Source: Candidatus Nealsonbacteria bacterium
GTDB taxonomy: Bacteria; Patescibacteriota; Minisyncoccia; Minisyncoccales; PWPS01
DNA: 54,069 nt
Assembly: GCA_003551845.1 (NCBI GenBank)
Contig: PUNQ01000056.1
Coordinates: 1-54,069 of the forward strand
Reading direction: 5' to 3'
Of this stretch, positions 22,260 through 30,017 are shown in pieces; the first letter of the stretch is position 1, and each line of letters starts with the position of its first letter. Under the pieces are notes generated by a model. That model searched no databases. It was not told where the DNA came from and was given only the letters and a program-made list of their open reading frames with translations. The position numbers and the translations under genes were made by a program.

Positions 22260-22883
22260 TCACCTTTCGACAGTGGCCTTATATCTGTCAAAGACTTCCA
22301 AAGAAAGAATTTCTTCCAAGTCGACTTTCTCCTTATTGTAAAACACTTCAAAGTAATTGGGAGAAGAAAATTCAACATTCTCAACTCCGTTCACCTGATT
22401 CAATTCATTGTTGATTAAAAAAGAGTGGCCTTCACACGGAATATCAACCTGTAAGATCTTTCCGGAAGTGTCGGCTGACAGACTACCTACATCAACTCCG
22501 GAGTCGATTCCGGCTACGGCGGGAAAAATTACAAGAAAAAAGAGAAGATTTACAGCCAAAGTGGTTCCATAAAGAGCCGTAGCGTAACCTTTCTTCTCCA
22601 AAAGTCCGGAAAAAGAAAACTTATCAATTCTTTTAAGGTAAATCACCAACGAGAAGGTAGCAAGAATGAGTGAAAGTCCGATTAAGATGTGAAGCAGATA
22701 CGGGGTCATTAAGATGGATCTGAAAACGGTCGTCGCCACAGTAACTCCGAGAATGGAAAAAATTATAAAACCCAAGCATCCCAAATGCGGAATAATCCCG
22801 TAAAAAATTCCTTTACCGATCCCGTCTTTTTTGTCACGTTTTTTCTCGCTATTATCACAACAATCCATATTGCTTTGTTTCAA
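22260..22883 (-). CDS. Membrane protein with C-terminal HMA-like domain
   Basis: N-terminal DCC, PHLGC in a TM segment, C-terminal DIPCEGH...VNGVENV. Confidence 0.7.
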   Translation of the reverse strand: MKQSNMDCCDNSEKKRDKKDGIGKGIFYGIIPHLGCLGFIIFSILGVTVATTVFRSILMTPYLLHILIGLSLILATFSLVIYLKRIDKFSFSGLLEKKGYATALYGTTLAVNLLFFLVIFPAVAGIDSGVDVGSLSADTSGKILQVDIPCEGHSFLINNELNQVNGVENVEFSSPNYFEVFYNKEKVDLEEILSLEVFDRYKATVER

Positions 22884-22918
22884 ATTTTAATGAAATAAAA
22901 ATAGAAGCTTCCACCAAC

Positions 22919-23629
22919 CTACCGATTCAATTCCCTCTCGATAATCTCTTCGAATACTTCATAAGGCTGAGCTCCTCTTACGACCTCTCCGTTGATTACG
23001 AAGCCGGGTGTTCCCGTTATTCCCAACCCGATCGCTTCTTCCGTAGAGTTTTGAACTTTTTCAACGTATCGACCCTCTTCAAAGCAAGTAACCAGCTCCT
23101 CTTCATTCAGACCGAGCTCCCTGCTGTAGCTTGCATGAATATCCGGATCGGACCAATTTCCTCTGTCTTCTTCCAAATTTTCAAATAAAAGATCGTGATA
23201 TTCCCAAAAACTATCTTGTTCTCCGGCACAATGGGCCGCCTCCGCGGCTTTGTCGCCTCCGACGACGACCAAATCCTTGTAAACGAAGTGAACCTCTCCG
23301 GTATCGATGTAATTTTCCTTTATATCCGGCAAAGTTTCTTCAAAAAATCTTCCACAGAAAGGACAAGCGAAGTCGGAATACTCAACCATCACAACCGGAG
23401 CTTCGGAGTCACCCAAAGAGGGCCACCCGTCAAGTTCAATATTATCCATATCGACCCTTTCGGCTTCTTCAACAACCTCCTCCTCTTCCTCGATGACTTC
23501 CCGTTCCTGATCTTCTTCAACTATTTCCCGGTCAACGGAAAAATCATTTCCGGAGATTATAATCGCTCCCCCAATAATAAGTCCGGCGACAATTATAGCT
23601 ATGAATGTTAAATAGTTTTCGTTTTTCAT
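22919..23629 (-). CDS. DsbA/BdbD-like thioredoxin-fold protein
   Basis: N-terminal anchor, EYSDFACPFC, GTPGF, GAQPY. Confidence 0.92.
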   Translation of the reverse strand: MKNENYLTFIAIIVAGLIIGGAIIISGNDFSVDREIVEEDQEREVIEEEEEVVEEAERVDMDNIELDGWPSLGDSEAPVVMVEYSDFACPFCGRFFEETLPDIKENYIDTGEVHFVYKDLVVVGGDKAAEAAHCAGEQDSFWEYHDLLFENLEEDRGNWSDPDIHASYSRELGLNEEELVTCFEEGRYVEKVQNSTEEAIGLGITGTPGFVINGEVVRGAQPYEVFEEIIERELNR

Positions 23630-23670
23630 ATTTTTTCAATTAGATGAATAAAGATTCCAGCGGATTGATT

Positions 23671-23943
23671 TTATTTATTTAAAAAACGCATCACTTTTAC
23701 GATCTCTTCAATCATCTCTTGCTTTTTCTTTTCGTCATCCGTTTCCATAGCTTGTTTAAAACAAGTATTCAAATGATTCCTCATAAGTTTTTCATGAGAA
23801 GACTTCAACATTCCGATAACCGCCAAGTTTTGCTGCATTATGTCAATACAATACTCATCATTTTCCATCATTTCGATCTGTTTTTGTAAAAGGCTGCGAG
23901 CTTTCTTTAAATTCGTTATCACTTTTTGCTTGTTTTTTTTCAT
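23671..23943 (-). CDS. csoR: CsoR/RcnR family metal-sensing repressor
   Basis: YCIDIMQQ...NHLNTC (Cys-His-Cys Cu(I) ligand set); lies within the copA operon. Confidence 0.88.
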   Translation of the reverse strand: MKKNKQKVITNLKKARSLLQKQIEMMENDEYCIDIMQQNLAVIGMLKSSHEKLMRNHLNTCFKQAMETDDEKKKQEMIEEIVKVMRFLNK

Positions 23944-24497
23944 GATTTTATTTTACAATTATTTTTATGGATTAATCGGCTTGAAATTAATATCAAAGAG
24001 GTTCCCAAAAGCACAATGCCTGCAATCTCAAATTCAACACCACCCATGGGTAACAAGGCAACCAAAGACCCCAATCCGAAAAAAGAAAGAAAAGAGACGG
24101 CTAAAATTCCGCACGCCCCACATCCGGCTCCCAAAATACCGAAAAGCAATCCTCCGGCAATCGTTCCGGTTGTCTTTTTTTTCAATTTCTTACTGTTTTT
24201 TCGTAGATTTATAAAAAGAACCAGATTAAGCCCAAAAAGAACGGAAATCAAAACCGTACTCACCTGTGAAAAGGGAAGAAATCCGGCGAACGAGTGAATA
24301 ATTACATCCAAAAAGTTTACAACTGAATTCCTCGGACCACTCAAGACCGTCCCAACAACTGAAGTGTTGGGCAGGGCAACTAAAAGAAGCCAGAAAAGAG
24401 TTGTAAATATAAAAAATAAAAATACGTTTTTAAAAGAGCTGAAAACACTTAATAGTTCTCTCAATCCGCAGTTAACCTTTTTTATTTTTTCACCCAT
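23940..24497 (-). CDS. Membrane protein with CxxC motif
   Basis: Several TM segments, GAGCGACG. Confidence 0.7.
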   Translation of the reverse strand: MGEKIKKVNCGLRELLSVFSSFKNVFLFFIFTTLFWLLLVALPNTSVVGTVLSGPRNSVVNFLDVIIHSFAGFLPFSQVSTVLISVLFGLNLVLFINLRKNSKKLKKKTTGTIAGGLLFGILGAGCGACGILAVSFLSFFGLGSLVALLPMGGVEFEIAGIVLLGTSLILISSRLIHKNNCKIKS

Positions 24498-24551
24498 TTA
24501 TTTTGCTGACTTACTTTTGCCAATTATAGGGAAAATGAATCCAAAAACCAA

Positions 24552-25115
24552 CTACTCCCTGCAACAATCAACCAAGGAGGAAACTTTTTCCTTTAGCTTG
24601 AAAAGGAAAGTGTCTTCCTTATCCTCTTTCAAGGATTCTTCCTGGCTTTCCGTTCTTTTATCACTCTCTTTTCTGCCTTTTTCAACTCCTTGCTTCAACT
24701 CTTTCAAGTTAAAGGAGTCATCATTTACGACCCAAAACAAAGAGTATAGGCTGTAAGAATGATTGAACATCTCGTTGGCTTTTTTCTTATTTCCTCGATC
24801 CAGCTGCTTTGTGCCAACCTCCATAAGCCTCATCGATCCGGCTAAAAGGTGCTTTGAAATGCACCACACCTCTCCCTCGTAATCGGTAACGATTTCTTTT
24901 AAAAGCTCTTTTCTTATGCTTCTCACTTCATTCGCCAAATCATAATACTTGGCTTTTCCGGTTTTTGATCCGGTGAAGATGAAGTGCTCTTCAATACTTA
25001 TCAGATTCATAAGTGCCAATGATAAATCCTGGTCGGAAGAAAGATCCATCTTTTTTTCATCACTGATTTTATCCAACTTCTCTTTTACTTTTTTTGCTTT
25101 TTCAGAACTGTTCAT
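24552..25115 (-). CDS. Hypothetical protein (Cys/His motifs)
   Basis: SIEEH, WCISKH, C-terminal DCCRE; co-oriented within the copper operon. Confidence 0.7.
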   Translation of the reverse strand: MNSSEKAKKVKEKLDKISDEKKMDLSSDQDLSLALMNLISIEEHFIFTGSKTGKAKYYDLANEVRSIRKELLKEIVTDYEGEVWCISKHLLAGSMRLMEVGTKQLDRGNKKKANEMFNHSYSLYSLFWVVNDDSFNLKELKQGVEKGRKESDKRTESQEESLKEDKEDTFLFKLKEKVSSLVDCCRE

Positions 25116-25118
25116 GGA

Positions 25119-25616
25119 TTAAAATATAAAGATTTCCGCAATAATGGAAGTTAAAATAAGCAAACCGAAGGTTATTAGCATTGTCTGAAATTGAAACGTC
25201 TTTCCTCTTATTTTTTTTACCTTTTCACTTATAAGGGGACTAAAAATCAAAATCAAAGCCCCCATAACAGAACCCAGTAAAAATTGATTTGCGGTTACAA
25301 TCTCTCCGTAATCACCCAAGAAGGGGATAAAGATTCCCTGAACATCTCTAAAAAGGGCGGCAACCGATAAAACCGTCAACACGAAAGTTAAAAGACCCAG
25401 TATGTGCTCCGGAATATTTTTAAATCTTTTTGCCATTACCAACCCAATGGCAAACCCGAAAGCTCCGATAAATATTCCAACGACTCCTTGAGAAACTCCC
25501 AGCCAAACCGCAAAACCGCCCGCCGCTCCGGCTCCTACCGTACAAAGCGGACAATGAGCAAGGCTAAGTTTGGGAATAAGTAAAAGTGACAGTGTTGCAA
25601 TTAATACTTTTTTCAT
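25119..25616 (-). CDS. Membrane protein with N-terminal HCPLC motif
   Basis: Signal-like N-terminus followed by AHCPLCT and several TM segments. Confidence 0.7.
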   Translation of the reverse strand: MKKVLIATLSLLLIPKLSLAHCPLCTVGAGAAGGFAVWLGVSQGVVGIFIGAFGFAIGLVMAKRFKNIPEHILGLLTFVLTVLSVAALFRDVQGIFIPFLGDYGEIVTANQFLLGSVMGALILIFSPLISEKVKKIRGKTFQFQTMLITFGLLILTSIIAEIFIF

Positions 25617-26068
25617 ATTTCCATAAATAAGTTACCTTTTTCACCTTCTTCCGGGATTTCATAAATCCTGAAAGCTTCCGTTTTAACTCCACCCATTCCG
25701 GGTGATCCGGCCGGCATTCCCGCCATTCCTATACCTTCGATATCTCTGCCCTCTTCTCTGAGCTCTTCTATCGCCTCCATCGGAATATGTCCCTCAACCA
25801 AATATCCATCGATTACCGATGTGTGACAACTGGCTAATTCTTGAGGAATTCCCCAATCCGTCTTCAATTCACCGTATTCGAAATTATCCAAAACCTTTTT
25901 TTCGACTTCGTAATTTCTGCTCATTATGTTCGCATACACGTCGCAACACTGACAATTCTCAGTCATGTAAACGGTCATTTCACCTTTCACCTCTCCGGGG
26001 TTTTGCAAAAATACAACTCCGATGATTAAAGCTATTAAGCTCCCCGCTATAATTATTTTTTTCTCCAT
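25613..26068 (-). CDS. DUF411 / CopG-like periplasmic metal-binding protein
   Basis: Likely start MEKKIII at 26068; CQCC, SCHT, VEGHIP, GMPAGSPGM. Confidence 0.88.
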   Translation of the reverse strand: MEKKIIIAGSLIALIIGVVFLQNPGEVKGEMTVYMTENCQCCDVYANIMSRNYEVEKKVLDNFEYGELKTDWGIPQELASCHTSVIDGYLVEGHIPMEAIEELREEGRDIEGIGMAGMPAGSPGMGGVKTEAFRIYEIPEEGEKGNLFMEI

Positions 26069-26087
26069 TTTATTTGACCTTATTAAA

Positions 26088-26285
26088 TTAAAATTCACCG
26101 ACCAATCCTCCTCTAAGCTGAGAAGCTTGTCGGGTTTGAGCTGTTTCCGCAGTTTCAGCAACTTCGGATTCATTTCCGGAGCTCATAAATCTGGGACTGA
26201 CGGAAACATCGGCTACGGTTAAAAAGAGAACCAGAGCGATTAAAACGAAGCTAAACCCTTTCCAAAAATTTGTATCTTTTTTCAT
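26088..26285 (-). CDS. Small single-TM protein, first gene of the copper operon
   Basis: 65 aa, one hydrophobic helix; directly downstream of the operator/promoter. Confidence 0.6.
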   Translation of the reverse strand: MKKDTNFWKGFSFVLIALVLFLTVADVSVSPRFMSSGNESEVAETAETAQTRQASQLRGGLVGEF

Positions 26286-26309
26286 AACTATGTTAGTTAA
26301 AATTTTATA

Positions 26310-26336
26310 AATACCTATACCTGGGGTGTAGGTATT
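26310..26336. promoter_or_regulatory. CsoR-type operator
   Basis: Near-palindrome AATACCTATACC-TGG-GGTGTAGGTATT with a central G-tract, immediately downstream of a minus-strand TTGACA(26365-26360)-17-TAATAT promoter. Confidence 0.75.
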
Positions 26337-26408
26337 ATATTAATCCACAAAAAAGACTATGTCAAGAAACCTAAGCCTTTTAAAATTTGTTAGTAGAAAT
26401 CGAAAAGT

Positions 26409-27572
26409 TTATTCTTTGATGCAGCGAATTGAAACTCCGACCCTATCGGAAAATACAAAATCACCGACAGAAGTATGATCATGAGAGAAATATATTCCCT
26501 TTATTTCTATATCTCCATCTTCACTTTCAGGATCTATTGAGGAGCTCCACCAATGTCCGTGAGTCCCCACTCTATTCAACTTATAGGAAAAGTCAGACCA
26601 ATCAACTCCTTGATACCCGCCCGGTAGAGCTAAAAAATCAATCTCTCCACAAAATTCACTCCCCTCTTCCGTACACCAATCTTCCTGGGGATCTTTTAAT
26701 GCATTACTATACACTTCACCGGAGTCGTCGATTTCGTAACCATTATCAAGAAGCCAGCTTTTTAAATCCTCCCAATCTGAATCGGTTGGTATATACCAGT
26801 CATCCGGACACAGTCCTTGAACCCCTTCTTCAGGAGGATCTCCTTCATAATCCCATGCTACGGCCGCCGGCCATTGATAGAGAACATTGCCGTAATCGTT
26901 AGTTCCATCATTTGCATCAGAGCACATAGTAGGGTCTTCCTCTTCATCCCACCAACCTTCTGGTGACTCCGTACTATCCCCGGTATCAACATAATTTTCA
27001 CATTCATGCCTAAGATCTTCAGCCATCCAACATTGCTCTCCGATCATAACCGTGTCATAAGTTTCTCCGTCCCTACTGTCAACCAAAGCATCTCCACAGG
27101 CAAAATCATTCTCTCTCCTCTCAGTTTCACAAATTCCTACCTCTCTGGTTTCTGCCAGAGGAGCACAAACGGTAACATCATTTATCTCATTTATTGCTAT
27201 TTCATAACCCGTGCTAACCTCATTCTCTCCAACTGCCGGATCAATCGGTATATCATTCATGTAATCAGGGACTAAGGGGGAGAGATCAACTAAATCATTT
27301 TCTGCACAATCTTCAAAATCAAAATGATTCGTATTGCAAATCTCTTTGGGCTCGGAAGGTAAGTCTATATCCGGAAACCCTCCCGCTCGACTGACTCGAT
27401 ATGATAGAAGGCTTTGGTATATTGAACTTGTGTCCGAATCTCGAGCCGAATCTCTCGCTGCAGCAAACTGCCGCCCCGGATTTGTTGCTACAATCACGAT
27501 TGCTGACAATATTGCAATTATTCCTATTGTCATCAAAAATTCAATTAGAGTAAATCCTTTATTTTTATTCAT
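26409..27572 (-). CDS. Type IV pilin-like protein with C-terminal FISUMP (Fib_succ_major) domain
   Basis: Prepilin motif KGFTLIE; DSRDGETYDTVMIGEQCWMAEDL, LYQW, GLCPDDWYIPT, WWSSS, SIRCIKE. Confidence 0.88.
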   Translation of the reverse strand: MNKNKGFTLIEFLMTIGIIAILSAIVIVATNPGRQFAAARDSARDSDTSSIYQSLLSYRVSRAGGFPDIDLPSEPKEICNTNHFDFEDCAENDLVDLSPLVPDYMNDIPIDPAVGENEVSTGYEIAINEINDVTVCAPLAETREVGICETERRENDFACGDALVDSRDGETYDTVMIGEQCWMAEDLRHECENYVDTGDSTESPEGWWDEEEDPTMCSDANDGTNDYGNVLYQWPAAVAWDYEGDPPEEGVQGLCPDDWYIPTDSDWEDLKSWLLDNGYEIDDSGEVYSNALKDPQEDWCTEEGSEFCGEIDFLALPGGYQGVDWSDFSYKLNRVGTHGHWWSSSIDPESEDGDIEIKGIYFSHDHTSVGDFVFSDRVGVSIRCIKE

Positions 27573-27645
27573 AAGATTAGATAAAATAATAATGATTACT
27601 ATTTAATTATATAAATCCAACTAAAGATGTAAAGTAAAATCTCGG

Positions 27646-27691
27646 GAGAGGTCAGGCCTCTCACAAGTTAGAGAGAGGTCAGGCCTCTCTC
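27646..27691. repeat. Tandem pair of REP-like palindromes
   Basis: GAGAGGTCAGGCCTCTC at 27646-27662 and 27673-27689, each an imperfect hairpin. Confidence 0.7.
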
Positions 27692-27737
27692 ATACGATTT
27701 ATATTTTGTGGGTTTTGTGATGTATTGATTTGAATAT

Positions 27738-27765
27738 AAAAACCACCTCCCTTCCGGGAGATGGT
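27738..27765 (-). terminator. Terminator of the 6S RNA gene
   Basis: Minus strand ACCATCTCCC-GGAA-GGGAGGTGGT followed by a T-run. Confidence 0.75.
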
Positions 27766-27771
27766 CTTTGG

Positions 27772-27899
27772 TGCACCTCGTCACTCATAAAAAATCTGAG
27801 AATTTTTCAAGTGGGTGCCTCAGCCTCAGCCCACGGGCTAAGGATCATTTGCGGCTCCCTTAAGTGTTGATGTATCAGACTTTATGCTAACGAGGTGCA
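27772..27899 (-). ncRNA. ssrS: 6S RNA (compact)
   Basis: Rod-like fold: closing stem TGCACCTCGTTA/TGACGAGGTGCA, TCTGA/TCAGA, central bubble, GGGAGCC/GGCACCC, terminal hairpin. Has its own TTGACA-18-TATAAT promoter (27934-27905) and terminator. Confidence 0.8.
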
Positions 27900-27937
27900 A
27901 TCTAATTATATTACTTGTCCGATCGAAGTGTCAACCG

Positions 27938-29011
27938 TCAAGATTTACGCAAAATGTCCGCAAGTTGACCGATGAATGAAACCACTGCCGGCGGTGCCAA
28001 CAGGCTGTAACTTTTTACCCCTTCGTCATCTTCGATAGTCCAAGGAATCTCCTCCGTTTCCACTTTCTCTTTTTTTGCATTCCAACTGTGTACGTATTCC
28101 GGAGTAAGTTCATAGTCGGAAACATAATTTTCAGCTTTGTCCACGGGAATCGCATTTCTAACCAAAACCTTGGGAATTCCGTGAAGCTGAAAGGCTTGTT
28201 TTATTAATTTTTCATCCAAATCGAGTCGCTCCCTGAGCGGCTTTATTCCTTTTTCGTCTCCTTCTTTTCTTACCATCCTCACCTCTTTACAGTCGGGGTT
28301 ATCACAAATCAAATGAAATTCATCATTTTCTTTGTCGTACTCCACTTTGGATGTCGGTAAAAGTTTCAAATTTCTGGAAGTGTTACATTCCGGGCAAATC
28401 CTTCTGTATTTTATCCTTTCGTCTATAATCGTTTCCGGAACGTCAATAAGCGCAAAAATGTCGACATCATCCCTGTAACCGATAAGATCCCTGAAAAAGA
28501 GCGAATAACTGATTTGATCCATATTTCTGGGAAAGCCGTCAATGAAAAGCACCTTTCTGCCTCTTTTGGCAATTTCTCTTTTTATCAGAGTTAAAATTAA
28601 CGGTGTGGGCAAAAGAGATTCGGTGCTTCTTCCTTCCAAGCGGGCGACAATTTCGTCAATCTCAATCCATCCTCTGTAATTTTCTTCCAGAAAATCAATA
28701 AGTTTTTCCCTTTTTTCTTCATCTTTTAACTCCTCATCCACTTCCCTGATCATGTCTCCCACTGAGAAATGCTCCACTTTATCCTTTCCGATCGCATCGG
28801 CAACCATCTTCGAGTAAGTTCCTTTGCCGGCACTCTTTTTACCCAATAGGTAGACTACGAAAGTGTTGTTTTTAAGGAATTCTCGTATATCTTCTATATC
28901 TTTTCCCGACTTGAATTCAAAATACTTTTTTCTTTCTTCAGGGTCGGAAAGATCGAACTTACGATCATCTTTAACTTTTGTTTTGTAAATCGGAAACTCT
29001 ATACCTTTCAT
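27938..29011 (-). CDS. Adenylate-kinase-like nucleoside monophosphate kinase (extended)
   Basis: GKKSAGKGTYS P-loop, FSVGDMIR, IDGFPRN, RRICPEC...CDNPDC LID-like region. Confidence 0.85.
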   Translation of the reverse strand: MKGIEFPIYKTKVKDDRKFDLSDPEERKKYFEFKSGKDIEDIREFLKNNTFVVYLLGKKSAGKGTYSKMVADAIGKDKVEHFSVGDMIREVDEELKDEEKREKLIDFLEENYRGWIEIDEIVARLEGRSTESLLPTPLILTLIKREIAKRGRKVLFIDGFPRNMDQISYSLFFRDLIGYRDDVDIFALIDVPETIIDERIKYRRICPECNTSRNLKLLPTSKVEYDKENDEFHLICDNPDCKEVRMVRKEGDEKGIKPLRERLDLDEKLIKQAFQLHGIPKVLVRNAIPVDKAENYVSDYELTPEYVHSWNAKKEKVETEEIPWTIEDDEGVKSYSLLAPPAVVSFIGQLADILRKS

Positions 29012-29037
29012 ATCTTTTTTTGTTTATCTTATATTTT

Positions 29038-29736
29038 TTATCTTTTTAACGGCTCACCCTCTTTTATTATTTTCAGAGCCTCCTCCGGCGCATCGACCAC
29101 CTTGATCAAGTCCAAATCTTCTTGGCTTATTGTTTTATATTCTTCCAGAAGCGTATCTTTCATCCAATCGATTAACGGTTGCCAATAATCTTTTCCCACC
29201 GCCACCAGCGCAACCGGCTGGGGCAATTTTTCGGTTTGCATCAAGGTTAGCATTTCAAAAAGCTCATCCAAGGTTCCGAAACCACCGGGAAAAAACACGT
29301 AACCGTAAGAGGCATAAGAAAGCATCACTTTTCTGGTGAAAAAATAGTGAAATCCGACTGACTTTTTGAGATAATCATTGGCTTTTTCTCCTTCATTTCT
29401 AAGCTGGATATTTATACCCACCGACTCACCATCCTTCTCATAAGCTCCCCGGTTGGCCGCCTCCATTATTCCCGGACCACCTCCGGTAACCACCGCATAA
29501 TCATTTTCAACCAAAAGCTCGGCAAGCTTCCTGGCTTTCTCATAGTGCGGATTATCTTCATCGAATCTACTGGAGCCGAAAAAAGAAACCGACCTGTTAA
29601 AATCAGCCACGAATTGGAATCCTTCCACGAACTCGGCCATTATCCTGAAAATCCTCCATTGAAAGGTTTCTCTGAAATCTTTCTCCGGAAACGGAAAATA
29701 TTGGTCTTCAAAGTTTTCTTTTTCTTTATTTTTCAT
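29038..29736 (-). CDS. LOG family (TIGR00730-like) Rossmann-fold nucleotide phosphoribohydrolase
   Basis: VSFFGSSR, TGGGPGIMEAANRGA, FFTRK, PGGFGTLDELFE. Confidence 0.92.
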   Translation of the reverse strand: MKNKEKENFEDQYFPFPEKDFRETFQWRIFRIMAEFVEGFQFVADFNRSVSFFGSSRFDEDNPHYEKARKLAELLVENDYAVVTGGGPGIMEAANRGAYEKDGESVGINIQLRNEGEKANDYLKKSVGFHYFFTRKVMLSYASYGYVFFPGGFGTLDELFEMLTLMQTEKLPQPVALVAVGKDYWQPLIDWMKDTLLEEYKTISQEDLDLIKVVDAPEEALKIIKEGEPLKR

Positions 29737-29934
29737 AATTTTTTGGTTTTAATATTCTATCACTTTCAATCTCTTTTTCAACTTTTTAATTTTATCATTA
29801 AAAGATAAAAGATAAAATTAAAAACCCTAAAAGCAACATCCACTCTTCGTGTGAAGCTCAACCTCACTCACATTCATACTCTCACTTGCTATCCCGGGCT
29901 TAGCACTTTAACTTGCATCTGCTTGTCAATAGAT

Positions 29935-29963
29935 GATAAAACGGACAAAGAGACCGTTTTATC
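29935..29963. terminator. Hairpin downstream of the pilin-GLUG gene
   Basis: GATAAAACGG-N9-CCGTTTTATC perfect inverted repeat. Confidence 0.5.
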
Positions 29964-30017
29964 TTAAAAAGCAAGATTTTCTCACAAGAAAATCAATTAA
30001 GATATCGCTTGTTTCCC

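Noticed and set aside
27646-27691. CRISPR array
   Set aside because: Only two 17-bp units with a 10-bp spacer, and no cas genes
29900-29926. CIRCE (HrcA) element
   Set aside because: Only one imperfect half-site (TTAGCACTT); the second arm does not match at N9 spacing and no chaperone gene follows
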